Assembly (NCBI GenBank): GCA_951406725.2
Contig: OX597836.1
Coordinates: 11,222,001 to 11,286,000, forward strand
Length of the DNA: 64,000 nt
Origin: Octopus vulgaris
Taxonomy: Eukaryota
Direction: 5' to 3'
A program made the translations under genes and the position numbers. Below, in pieces: positions 12,540-26,823 of this stretch. Numbering within the stretch: position 1 is the stretch's first letter; each line of letters opens with the position of its first letter. A model generated the notes under the pieces. That model worked only from the letters and a program-made list of their open reading frames with translations, searched no databases and was not told where the DNA came from.

Positions 12540-12704
12540 AAGGGTTTCAAATTTTGATACAAGGCTAACACTTACTTTCTGGCTAGGGGTCTGAGTCGGT
12601 TACATCGACCCAGGTGCTCAACTGTAAATAATTTTCTCAACACTCAAAACATGACAGGCAAAGCCGAACTTGGCGTAATTTGAACTCAGAACGTAAAAGC
12701 GATC

Positions 12705-12705
<1 letters not shown>
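12540..12705 (-). mobile_element. SINE family B
   Basis: tacatcgacccagg...aatttgaactcagaacgtaaa. Confidence 0.8.
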
Positions 12706-12761
<56 letters not shown>

Positions 12762-12767
<6 letters not shown>

Positions 12768-13000
12768 GGAGTTTAACGCAGGTGTAATCAAATATTTTTA
12801 CTTTCGACACATGTTTCCAAAATTCCACTGATACTATTCAAAAGAATAAATGGTATAAACAATGCAATCTTCTCCTCAGGAAAGTGAAAAAAACGAAACT
12901 CGTCAATAAGACATTTTAGCAAAAAATGATGGATTTGTATAGCGATTGACAGAACGCTATTAATATTGTTTAAAAAAAACGTTATATGATATAACGTCAT
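12762..13000 (-). mobile_element. Penelope-like element with hammerhead; inverted relative of 14749-14962
   Basis: Reverse complement aligns over about 210 bp with 14749-14962, including the terminus aaactccattta next to (TA)n. Confidence 0.65.
12800..12885 (-). ncRNA. Type I hammerhead motif with long stem II loop
   Basis: ACTTTC-CTGAGGA-GAAGAT...ATTTTG-GAAAC-ATGT-GTC-GAAAGT: perfect 6-bp stem I, GUC site, palindromic ACATGT; basal pair of stem II mutated. Confidence 0.68.
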
Positions 13001-13202
13001 AAGTAGCTAACAGAAAGAGTAAGGATATTAATAGTGAATGTTAAATATAAAGGAAATTAAAGTTTAACTTATATATAATGATAGAGACTACTTATATGCA
13101 CTAAATCTATGTTTCTGCCAATGCTTACATCTGTATGCTCGCTCTATAACCGTGTTTACTAGAGTATTTTTAGAAAAAATAATGAAAAATTGCTCAGAAT
13201 TG

Positions 13203-13267
<65 letters not shown>

Positions 13268-13270
<3 letters not shown>

Positions 13271-13640
13271 GAAAAGTTGCAGTCAGCAAGAAGTACGGTT
13301 AGACGTTTACTTGTAACCACTACAATTGCTTCTACGCAATGTAGGAACTTCATTATGAAACCGTTTGCCAACAAATCTTGAGCCACAACACATCTTTTGA
13401 TACTCTCAGTGGTTACTACTAACTTCAGGCCAAGACTGACAGATAGGATGCTCTTGAAACCGAAAATCTGAATTTACGAAGACAATATTTATATATATCG
13501 CCTGAGGAAACACAACCAGATCTTATAATGTGGGGAAACGGTTGCATAATCAAATACTTGCAAGCTTGCATAACGACGTTGTAGTGACTGCAAATAAATG
13601 TCCAACCATACTCCTACTTGTCTCCAACTTTTTCCCATTA
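13268..13640 (+). mobile_element. Penelope-like element with inverted termini and degenerate hammerhead (13499-13546)
   Basis: Imperfect inverted repeat 13272-13325 / 13579-13632; CTGAGGA..CACA..TGTG..GAAACGGTT just upstream of the right arm. Confidence 0.5.
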
Positions 13641-13870
13641 TTTATTCATACACTACAGAAACTCCAACGCAAATATGGAAATCTGTATAATACTACGACT
13701 GGTTAGCACAGGATGAAATCTAAAGGTGGCCGAGCTTCATACTTTACTCTACTACGTTCTTAACGAAATATAAAAATAAAAATAGATAGATATATAAATA
13801 GACAGACAGGCAGATAGATACATACATACATATATACGTATGTATATAAGTATGTATGTATGTATGTATG

Positions 13871-13899
<29 letters not shown>

Positions 13900-13901
<2 letters not shown>

Positions 13902-14070
13902 GCTCAGGAGTGGGTGCTTGGTAAGTAGCTAGCTTAACATCCAGATGGTCCTGGGTTCAGTCCCACTGTGTGGCACCTTTGTCAAGTGTCATCTACTATA
14001 ACCTCGGCCGACTAAAGCCTTGTGAGTGGATTTGGTAGACGGAAACTGGAAGAAGCCCGTCGTATATGTA

Positions 14071-14109
<39 letters not shown>

Positions 14110-14348
14110 ATGTATATATATATGTGTGTACATGTTCGTGTGTCTGCTTGTCCCCCCAGCATCGTTTGACAACCGATGCTGGTGCTTTTACGTCCCCGTA
14201 ACTTAGCAGTTCGGCAAAAGTGACCGATAGAATAAGTACTAGGCTTACAGAGAAGAAGTCCTGGGGTCGATTTTCTCGACTACAAAGGCGGTGCTCCAGC
14301 ATGGCCACAGTCAAATGACTGAAACAAGTAGAAGAGTAAAAAAGAGTA
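13900..14348 (+). mobile_element. SINE family A, full length
   Basis: Colinear with 9644-10110, with the complete tail. Confidence 0.92.
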
Positions 14349-14567
14349 CATACATACTATACAGTACTCCATCTGGTGAGGGATAAATATCATTTAATAG
14401 ACACGATACATATTTTTATGTGCTACTAATAGTTTTATATGTTGACAAATATCTCAAATATATTCGTTTTCTGTATTTGTTAATCTTCAACATTTTCTCT
14501 ACGCTTCCTTTTCAACTTTTTGTGTTTCTTCTCTCATTGAATTTTTAGTTTATTAGGATGTGTGGTT

Positions 14568-14622
14568 TGTGCCTGAGGATTATGTCAAGAGTTTCTCTAC
14601 ACATGAAACTCTTAGTAGTACA
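14568..14622 (+). ncRNA. Type I hammerhead motif in a Penelope-like element (about 14383-14660) with inverted termini
   Basis: TGTGC-CTGAGGA-tt-ATGT...ACAT-GAAAC-TCTTA-GTA-GTACA; about 14383-14450 is an imperfect inverted copy of about 14590-14655. Confidence 0.62.
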
Positions 14623-14685
14623 TTAAAGCACGCATTGTGTCTAGTAAATAATATACATGTGTTTATATATATATACTCATTATGA

Positions 14686-14791
14686 GGATATGTATAGTGA
14701 TTAACTGAACGCTATTAAGTTTGTTTTAAAAAATAACGTTAGAGGATATAAAACAAATTTAATAGCGTTCAGTTAATCACTATACATATCC
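14686..14791. repeat. 43-bp inverted repeat, 1 mismatch, 20-nt loop
   Basis: ggatatgtatagtgattaactgaacgctattaagtttgtttta at 14686-14728 versus its reverse complement at 14749-14791. Confidence 0.95.
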
Positions 14792-14835
14792 ATTATATTC
14801 TATTAAAATGTATTATTGACAAGTTTCGTTTCTTC

Positions 14836-14923
14836 ATTTTCATGAAGAGAAGATTACATAGTTTTAAACCATTTTATTCCTTTCGAATAATACCAGTGAG
14901 ATCTTCGAAACATGTGTCGGAAT
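14836..14923 (+). ncRNA. Degenerate type I hammerhead motif (C3 mutated)
   Basis: ATTTTC-ATGAAGA-GAAGAT...ATCTTC-GAAAC-ATGT-GTC-GGAAT; perfect stem II; paralogue of 12800-12885. Confidence 0.6.
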
Positions 14924-14957
14924 CAGAAGAATTTAAATAACACCTACGTTAAACTCC

Positions 14958-15020
<63 letters not shown>

Positions 15021-15021
<1 letters not shown>

Positions 15022-15183
15022 GACGGGTTTGTTTCAGTTTCCGTCTACCGCATCCACTCAAAAGACTTTAGTCGACTCAAGGCAATAGTAGAAGACACTT
15101 GCCCAAGGTGCCACACATTGGGACTGAACCTAGTACGATGTGTCTGGGATGCGATCTTCTTACTACACATCCACACTGAGCCT
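15021..15183 (-). mobile_element. SINE family A, 5' half
   Basis: cgacggg..tttcagtttccgtctacc...gacacttgcccaaggtgcc. Confidence 0.88.
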
Positions 15184-15241
15184 ATATATATATACATACA
15201 TACATACATACACACATATATATATACATATATATATATAC

Positions 15242-15319
<78 letters not shown>

Positions 15320-16398
15320 GTATATGTATGTATGTATATATGTATGTACAGTATATACTTTTATGAATATATGTATTTTATATGTGTTATTACATAATTC
15401 TTGTCAAAATAACCTTAATTGTTGCTACAAATACTGTATACGCACACACACATGCATATACACATGTATACATACTTGTACCACCAATTAAGGATATTCT
15501 GACAAAGGAATTGCGTTGTAACACTGACCCAACTCTGGTCCCTACCAATTTCCCCGACTCCTCTAAAAATATTAGTAAACATGTTTATTGTCTGCTGGAA
15601 ACTTTTCTTGGTACATAATAATAGCCTCTGGCGAAAATAATGTGACAATTATTTGAATCAATATTCAAATACAACCATTAAAAGAACGAAAAAAAAAATG
15701 TTTTTCTTAATAACTTCTAAGTAATTATCTTTAATGATCAATTGGTTGTCATCTAATCAACATTTGTTTTTGTTTTGTGTGGTTTTCTTATCGTTTATTT
15801 TTTGTTGTTCTTGCTTTTGTTGTATTTTTTCTTTTGGCGAGATGCTCTTACAGTGTACTGACGGAAAAAAAATTATTTTGAATGTAATTTAAAAAAACTA
15901 ATAACAAAAAAATTACTGCGCTGTGTGAAGGCATAAGACATTCGACACAGCAACAAATGCTGGAAAAAAATGTATAGAATTACAGAGATTCTTCTAAATA
16001 GCTATTATCATAATGGACTCGTGGCTATATCTTTTAAATATTGTTAATTATAATGGCGTATCAGACATTGCAGTGATAAAAAAAAAGATATAAAAAATAT
16101 CATAAATGAAAATATAATAAAATAAACATGCAAAAATCGGGTTCTCGTCTTTGTTTGTTTTTGTTATTTCACCTAAGGTTATTCGCGTGTCATCACCCAT
16201 GGCCAAAGGAGATGCATTTTTGACCATCCGGTTTTTAAGGAACTCTCTCACTCTGTCTGTCTGTTTGTCTCTCTCTTTGTCTCTATTTATCTATCTAATC
16301 ATCATCTAATAACCTATCAACCGGTTTGTCTGTCCGTCTGAGTGACGATCTGCCTGTCTGTCTATATGTCTGTTTGTCTGTCTGTCTGCCTCTTTATT

Positions 16399-16517
<119 letters not shown>

Positions 16518-16519
16518 GT

Positions 16520-16818
16520 AACGTGACAGACCAGGCTATCAGATGTTGCTACACATCGCTGGTCACAATGCGCTTCGCATTGTTTTAGCCTTCGAATGAC
16601 GCCACCCCCTGGCTAAGCGAGCTGGCCAACAGAAGAAAGAGTGAGAGAATGTTGTGGCGAAAGAGTACAGCAGGGATCGCCATCACCCCCTGTCGGAGCC
16701 TCGTGGGGCTTTAGGTGATTTCGTTCAATAACCACTCATAAAGCCCGGTCTGGGAATCGAAACACCGATCCTAGAACCGTGAGTCCGCTTCCCTAAACAC
16801 TGGGCCATTGCGCTTCAC
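16520..16818 (-). mobile_element. tRNA-Arg-like SINE (family R, tail type 2)
   Basis: Reverse complement of 19093-19385 and 33329-33602. Confidence 0.9.
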
Positions 16819-16907
16819 TACTAGGACACTGGTAGTAAAATATTTCAACAATTTTTATTATCCTGATATTATTTATTGTGTATAATGTATATTTAATCTA
16901 AGGCCTC

Positions 16908-16981
16908 CCCGTTGATGAAGACTTCGCCTCGGTAAATAATAATTTTTATTTACTAAAATAAGTCAGAAACCATGGTCCGGG
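16908..16981 (+). ncRNA. Type I hammerhead motif with palindromic stem III
   Basis: CCCG-TTGATGA-A-GACTT...AAGTC-A-GAAAC-CATG-GTC-CGGG; stems I and II pair, ACCATGGT palindrome, GUC site, C3 replaced by U. Confidence 0.68.
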
Positions 16982-17111
16982 AATTAAATTAGATAGTATA
17001 TGTTTTTTAGTTTTCATTCCCTTCGAGAATTTATCCCTGTCTTTAACTGTTCTTTCTAGCGTAATGGATTCCTATGATGGAAGCCCTCTTAATGTGTTTT
17101 AATGTACACTG

Positions 17112-17162
<51 letters not shown>

Positions 17163-17243
17163 TATATGTATATATACATATGTATAGATATATGTATATA
17201 CACATATGTACGTGTGTATGTATGTACACAAATGTGCACACTC

Positions 17244-17404
17244 GAGGGCTTCATTGAGACTCCATCTGCCATATTCACTCACAAGTCTTTGATCGATCAA
17301 AAGCTGTAGCAAAACAGATATGCCTAAGATGCTACGCTGTGGGACTGAACCGGGAACCACTTGATCGGAAAGCAAACTTCTTACCACACAGTCACGCGTG
17401 CGCC
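17244..17404 (-). mobile_element. SINE family A, degenerate 5' half
   Basis: gtgggactgaaccgggaacc...cttaccacacagtcac. Confidence 0.8.
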
Positions 17405-18118
17405 ATTAGATATATATATATATATATATTCCAAAATGGTTCAAATTTCGACAGTGATATCTACGCTCCTCTACAATTCCAAAAGCACCCAGGAATTGAT
17501 ATTAGTACAAATGACGCCGCTACATTTAATTTCCCGAGGCGACGACGACACAGAACAGAAAATAAAACTACTTCGTCAGATCAACATCTCTCTACAACCC
17601 ATTTGGTGGAACAGAATTCAGCATTATACGTACTAACCATAACATTATGTTATAATGATACTCTAAAGAGAGAAAAATCATGCCCAACATAATAGAACTA
17701 TATTCTAAAAATCTCGAAATTTGGTAGACTATATACGGAGATAATAAACCTATGAAATACAAAGTGTATTCGCTTCTATACCTTGTGTAATTGGGTCATA
17801 ATTTCCATTAGGTGCCTATAGAAACTGAAGTACTTGATTAATAGGTTTCATAATGCAGAGAAAGATACGGAAATTATTTCTCATCTATTGGCGTGGTTAT
17901 ATAGCAAAATTGCAAAATTACACACGAAATAAGGACTTTGGTGCAAAATGGTATCACATCGTGAACATACCCACACATACATACACAAACACACACGCAT
18001 ATATACATACATTCATATATTTACATCTATATCTCTTTTACTATCTATGTATCTATTTATCTATCTATCGGTCTGTCTTTCCCCCTCAGTCTCTCTCTCT
18101 CTCCACACACACACACAC

Positions 18119-18175
<57 letters not shown>

Positions 18176-18339
18176 ACATATATGCATACATTCATATATA
18201 TTGATAAGGCATAGAGATACTAACAAGCTGGTGTCATTGATGTGTGTGTACATGTGTGTGTGTGTGTGTAATGCATGTATATATATATATATATATATAT
18301 ACATACATATAAGCTTATATATACATATATATATATACG

Positions 18340-18403
<64 letters not shown>

Positions 18404-18453
18404 GTGTAGGTATATGTACTACACACACATATTAATCACATTAGCTTGTAAGT

Positions 18454-18574
<121 letters not shown>

Positions 18575-18769
18575 CACAGACAGACAGAATGATACACGTT
18601 CACACATATGATGGTAATGACGCTATATGACCATGGCGCTACCTACAGCCGTTTGGTACGGTTCAATATACTTATACTTTGTTATATTTCACAGCATTGC
18701 TAAACTCCAGCGTGAATTGCCAAGTGACTTCTGCTCCAGACTCTTTTATCGACCAGTTGACCAGTACAG

Positions 18770-18922
18770 AGCGTTGAGTGTTAAGTAGCCTGGTCACGAA
18801 CAACATGATTTCAGGTTCAGTCCCACTGCGTGGCATCTTGGGCAAGTGTCTTCTACTATAGCCTCGGGTCGGCCGAAGCCTTGTGAGAGGATTTTGTAGT
18901 CGGAAACTGAAAGAACACGTCA
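18770..18922 (+). mobile_element. SINE family A, 5' half
   Basis: ggttcagtcccactgcgtggcatcttgggcaagtgtcttctactatagcc. Confidence 0.87.
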
Positions 18923-18932
18923 TATATATGTG

Positions 18933-19075
<143 letters not shown>

Positions 19076-19092
19076 GTATGTACGTATATGTG

Positions 19093-19380
19093 TGGAGGCG
19101 CAATGGCCTAGTGGTTAGGGCAGTGGACTCGCGGCCGTAGGATCGCGGTTTCCGATTCCCAGACCGAGCGAAAACACCTAAAGCTCCACGAGACTCCGGC
19201 AGAGTCTAGTGGCGATCCCTGCTGTACACTTTCGCCACAACTTTGTGTGACTCTTTCTTCTGTTGGCCTGCTCGCTTAGCCAGCGGGGTGGCGCCATTTG
19301 AAGGCTAAAACAATGCGAAGTGCATTGTGACAAGCGATATGTAACAACATCTTCTAGCCTGGTCGGTCACGGTGATCACG

Positions 19381-19385
<5 letters not shown>
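19093..19385 (+). mobile_element. tRNA-Arg-like SINE (family R, tail type 2)
   Basis: ggaggcgcaatggcctagtggttagggcagtggactcgcgg head; tail ending ggtcggtcacggtgat. Confidence 0.9.
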
Positions 19386-19413
<28 letters not shown>

Positions 19414-19416
<3 letters not shown>

Positions 19417-19818
19417 CGCAGGAGTGGCCGAGTGGTAAGTAGCTTGCTTACCAACCACATGGTTCCGGGTTCAGTCCCACTGCGTGGCATCTTGGGCGAG
19501 TGTCTTCTGCTATAGCCCCGGGCCGACCAATGCCTTGTGAGTGGATTTGGTAGACGGAAACTGCAAGAAGCCTGTCGTATATATGTATGTATATGTATGT
19601 GTGTGTTTGTGTGTCTGTGTTTGTCCTCCTAGCATTGCTTGACAATGGTGTGTTTCTGGTGTGTTTACGTCCCCGTCACTTAGCGGTTCAGCAAAACAGA
19701 CCGATAGAATAAGTACTGGGCTTACAAAGAATAAGTCCCGGGGTCGATTTGCTCGACTAAAGGCGGTGCTCCAGCATGGCCGCAGTCAAATGACTGAAAC
19801 AAGTAAAAGAGTAAAAAG
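19414..19818 (+). mobile_element. SINE family A, full length
   Basis: Colinear with 9644-10110; short internal microsatellite. Confidence 0.93.
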
Positions 19819-20147
19819 ATACATATATATATATGTATGTTTGTGTGTCTGTGTGTGTTTGTGTGTGTGTATGTGTACGTAATTGACTCAAGTCCACACT
19901 GAAAATCTTCGTGGATGTACAACTTATCGATCTCGTTAGGTAATTGGAGACGGACCTGACGAATCAGATGCTCACAAAACTTTAGTTAAAGCGAAACGTA
20001 GTAACTTTTGTCGTTCAATACACTATGGCCTGATCAGATAAGTTGAGCACTCCATATATTCTTATATAACGGTCGACAAGTACACACGCGCGTGCGTACA
20101 CATACACAAACGCCAACGCACACTTAGATACGTAGACAGCTACTTTG

Positions 20148-20185
<38 letters not shown>

Positions 20186-20539
20186 GTACAAACTCATATA
20201 TATATATATAGTTACATATATAGATATATATATAGACGTACAAACTTACGCATCGACCTGTAATATAAAGGTGGACACAGGCAGAGGCATATAGAATTAC
20301 ATAACTCACATACACACATACACACATACACACATACATATATATCATATAGACCTAAATATATGGATAAATGCATACGTACATTAATGCGTACGTAAAC
20401 ACATATATCGGTTGTAATCTGTGTAAGCATAACAAGCTATTGGCGATAATTTACTGAATTGCCACTTTACCATCGAGGAGTATACATTCATAAATAGCTC
20501 TTTATTTACTCTCTCCGCCGAATTATAGATTACATCAAA

Positions 20540-20980
<441 letters not shown>

Positions 20981-21174
20981 GACTAATGCTAAATAGATAT
21001 TTCGGCTAACATTTCATACCATACATTAGATTCGCCGCTCGACTAAAATTATATATCTTACCAAATCGATACTATAAAATCAAGTTTCATTTAGAAAAAT
21101 CACGAATCGTGATTCTCTATGGGAGATATAATTTTAATATTTATAGAGGATGTTACATGATACGCTCAAAAGAA

Positions 21175-21235
21175 TCATCAACATTATTATTACCATCATC
21201 ACCATCATCATCATCGTCATAAGGTATCATTATTA

Positions 21236-21304
<69 letters not shown>

Positions 21305-21332
21305 TCATCATTATTATTATTATTATTATTAC

Positions 21333-21371
<39 letters not shown>

Positions 21372-21549
21372 CATCGTCAATCGTTATTGTTGTTGTTATT
21401 AGTATTAATATTAATATTATTATTATTATGATTATTATTATTATTATCATCATCATCATTACTACTACTACAACTAACAATACTAATAATAATAACCATG
21501 ATGATGATGATGATGGTGTTGATGATGATGATGATGATGATGATGGTGG

Positions 21550-21632
<83 letters not shown>

Positions 21633-21652
21633 CTGGTGGTGATGATGATGAT
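21175..21652. repeat. Compound (ATC)/(ATT)/(AAT)/(GAT) microsatellite
   Basis: Direct. Confidence 0.96.
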
Positions 21653-22098
21653 AATTGTTTGGTTCCAGGTATTGGTTTGCAGCCACGCTGTGAGTCTCTT
21701 CCCTCAAGGGCTTCTGTTGGTCGTATCGACTCTTGTAAGTTATATCATTCTTAAGCATGTCTCTATCGATATTCGTATATCGGATATAGCTAATATAATA
21801 ACCTTTGCAGATGAAAAATAGACCGAGAACGCATCTACACACCGATCTAAAGTCAGTGTACGGTGTGTCATATATATATATATATATCTGTACACACATA
21901 TATATGCACATACATACACAAGCATATATATATACATATATACATATACATATGTCTACGGCTTTCTCTCTCACTTTTTCTTTCTCACTCTCTACACATA
22001 TATATATATGCATGTATGTATGTATCTATGTATATACCTATATATATATATGTATATATATATGCGGTGCCCCATATACAGCTATAGCTGAAACTGAA

Positions 22099-22139
<41 letters not shown>

Positions 22140-22184
22140 CATATAATATACATATGACCCTATCTATCTATTCATGTGATGCCC

Positions 22185-22459
22185 GCGTGTGTACCGTTGG
22201 CGATTTTTTTTTACTCTATGTCTTCCTTCTCTAGACGGTTTATATCAATGCATAATTGATGTAATATGTATGTCAATAGCCTTCTTCAGCTGCGCAAACG
22301 TTAAAACCAAAGACTGTGTTACATTATAAGTTTGGGAAAAGGCTTTCCTTGGGGATGCAATAATACTCATATTTGTTCCACAGAGCGAGACACCAAAACA
22401 AAAACAAAGCGTCCATACCGTTGTTGTGTTTGTTTTTGTGCTTTCTTGTTTGGATTAAC
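22185..22459 (+). mobile_element. Penelope-like element remnant, same family as 2291-2460
   Basis: Shares aataatact..atttgttccac and the terminus gtgctttc.tgtttggattaac followed by (TA)n. Confidence 0.55.
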
Positions 22460-22692
22460 TATATATATATAGAGATTTGCAAATGCCATTTACCTACCTC
22501 TTGCATCCCGATCCAGCGCCATCGGAGATAGCAGAAGATAGTCAGAACAAACCAAATCCATATAGACGAATGAATTCGTATTTTCCCTCCAAGATTACCA
22601 TGTGTGTTACGAAATAGTCCCGCAGAAAGAGAACTGTGGTTTGTTATAAGGGAGTGAAATATTTCATTATTAATAATATAAGGGTAAATAAT

Positions 22693-22732
<40 letters not shown>

Positions 22733-22733
<1 letters not shown>

Positions 22734-22841
22734 GAATTAGAGATAAAACTACTATTAGGCAACTCAAACAGTGATAGACATAAACCTGGTTTATGTCTAT
22801 CACTGTTTGAGTTGCCTAATAGTAGTTTTATCACTAATTCA
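22733..22841. repeat. Near-perfect palindrome: 54-bp arms, 1-nt spacer, 1 mismatch
   Basis: Centre ...cataaacc-t-ggtttatg... at 22787; the ORF track shows nearly the same peptide on both strands. Confidence 0.97.
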
Positions 22842-22919
22842 AATTTTATATATTTATACTGTGAAATTTGATTTAATCCTAAATCTAATTTTTCCCTGTA
22901 AGTTTGGAGCCATACTCCC

Positions 22920-22999
<80 letters not shown>

Positions 23000-23013
23000 T
23001 ATACATACATACT

Positions 23014-23080
<67 letters not shown>

Positions 23081-23614
23081 ATTCATACACTATGTATCCT
23101 TTTTAGGCTCCAGTATACGGCTATCAGATGACCAGATCTCAGTCTTCGCCAGTTCCTGAGGTCACTGAAAAATCATTCCTGCAATGCTTTGCCCTTGCAT
23201 CGAAACCCAAACCCCGAGGCCGCAAATAAACATCTTCACTACACGGCAATAATGTATATATATATATATATATTTAGTTTCAGCCGAATTCAAGCTTACC
23301 TATATTTAATCAAAGGATTTCCAACCGTAACACTCCTGTCTATTACGACGCTGTGTGTATGATGTGGATACGTTGAGCAACGTTGTCTAATGTCTGTCTG
23401 TTCGTCTAAATTTAACGCCATGGTGTAGACTCACTGGGAGATTTCTCTTTCTCTGGTATTTCTAGCATGAAGCTTATAAGAATTACTTCCTTTGACTTTC
23501 GGACTGGAAAAAGGGGGACATTTGTTAAATTAATTAACAGAACTCTTCATGGTGTCATCTAAGAGAGATTCGCTGCTCATGTCACGGCAAAATGTCTGCT
23601 GATCGATGTCAACA

Positions 23615-23717
23615 ATGATGATGACGATGACGATGATGATGGTGATGACGACGGTTGCATGATATACCACAATGGTATTACGTACTAGTAGCACCAGCAG
23701 CAACAGTGCTGGAAATG

Positions 23718-23795
<78 letters not shown>

Positions 23796-23994
23796 TCATT
23801 ACACTTCGTCGTTGTCGTCGTCGCAGTAGTAGATTTGGTGGCGGTGATGGTGGTAGTATTAGTGATGGTGGTCCTCCCTTCTTCTTCCTCCTCCTCCCCT
23901 CTTCCTCCTCTCCTCCCACTCCTCCCACTCCTCCTCCTTTCCCGCCTCCTCCTGCTACTACTACTACTACTACTAGTGGTGGTGGTAGTAGTAA

Positions 23995-24046
<52 letters not shown>

Positions 24047-24052
24047 TGTAGT
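23615..24052. repeat. Compound trinucleotide microsatellite (GAT/TAG/GTC/CTC/CTA/TAG)
   Basis: Direct. Confidence 0.95.
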
Positions 24053-24381
24053 TCGTGGCAATATTCTCTTTAGGTTAACTCAACATTCAAGTAGAGCAAA
24101 TTGTTCTTAATCATAAATTATTGAGGGATTTTAGAATTAATAATTCATTAATTCTCTGGAAACGACTCCCCCGTTCATCGCATTGACTCATTGTAGTTAA
24201 AACATGAACGCTTGTGTGGGAATAACGGCCAAAACCAATGAATATTCCTTTACATTAGAACATGACATTTAGCTGAGAAACAATAGGTATTAACAATATA
24301 CAGTTACACACTAAAAACTTATACGCATCATATATACAAGCACGTAAGAGCTAAAGCCCTCACATATTCATCGATATAACT

Positions 24382-24382
24382 A

Positions 24383-24413
<31 letters not shown>

Positions 24414-24415
24414 AA

Positions 24416-24486
<71 letters not shown>

Positions 24487-24501
24487 CGTCTGTCTGTCTG
24501 T

Positions 24502-24583
<82 letters not shown>

Positions 24584-24602
24584 ATCTATCTATCTATCTA
24601 TA

Positions 24603-24674
<72 letters not shown>

Positions 24675-24715
24675 CGTCTGTCTGTCTGTCTGTCTATATA
24701 TCGATCTATCTATCT
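24382..24715. repeat. (TATC)n/(TGTC)n tetranucleotide array
   Basis: Direct; resumes at 25500-25640 after the Tx1-like insertion. Confidence 0.96.
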
Positions 24716-24721
24716 TTCTTT

Positions 24722-25606
<885 letters not shown>

Positions 25607-25826
25607 ATATCTATCTATCTATCTATCTATCTATATCTATATATATATATATGTATATATGTATATATTATATATGTATGTATTTATGTATGTATGTATT
25701 TATGTATGTATGTATTTATCTCGTATGTATCTATGTATCTATCAATCTACTACTACCACCACCACGACCACCAGCACCACCACCAGCACCACCACCAGCA
25801 CCGCCACCACTTCACCCTCACCGTCG

Positions 25827-25941
<115 letters not shown>

Positions 25942-26533
25942 ACGCTCCTTAACGAGAATCCCGTCTGTAATATGGTGGTTATTTACGAGTATAATTTGCT
26001 ATTAGAAATAATGGAGTGGAAACGAAGACAGACACATTTAAAGGCAGAAAGTGTTCAAGCTCTACAATTAATACGTCTACTGTAGTATTGAACGCTGGTG
26101 CAGCCATGATTGTTTTAGTATGACAAATGTATTCCTTCGTGGGTACTTGTTACGAGAACATTCTTTAGAAAGACCTCCACTAATGAGTAAATTAGTGATT
26201 GGCTGAAATTTCGATGACGTATCACAATGTGGAATGTATATTGGTAGTGTGTTAATATTTTTTTTCTTCTTTTTAATTAATCGTCTTAGAATGCATGGTA
26301 TTTGATAAATATTTTAATTTGTTGGCTTAACTTTTGTTGACAAATTGCCGTGCTAATTATGAATTTTAATGAGGGCTGCAGGCATCGTTGCTCTTAGAAG
26401 GGAGGGAGAGTAGCCTCTTTGAGCAACTTCGGTAATTGGCTGGTTCTCACTTTGACGCTAACAGGCGAGTGAATCCGATGGGAATTTTAGAACTTACAAT
26501 AAAAAGATGTACACACTCACACACACACGCACA

Positions 26534-26600
<67 letters not shown>

Positions 26601-26823
26601 GTATTGCAATAGATCTGTTTCAAATATTGAAGACATCGGAATCGCTTGCAAAAGCTTCTTTTTTTGCACTAAGTCCATGTTAATCCACATAAAATTATTT
26701 TGTTAAGTGCTGCTTATTCATACATATAAATGTATACATAACTATATATACTTGCATACAAATATACATATATACATACATACATACATACATACAAATA
26801 TACATACATACATACATACATAC

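Noticed and set aside
16130-16251. Short ORF MREFLKNRMVKNASPLAMGDD as a possible exon
   Set aside because: No matching acceptor and donor pair on either strand and no recognisable homology.
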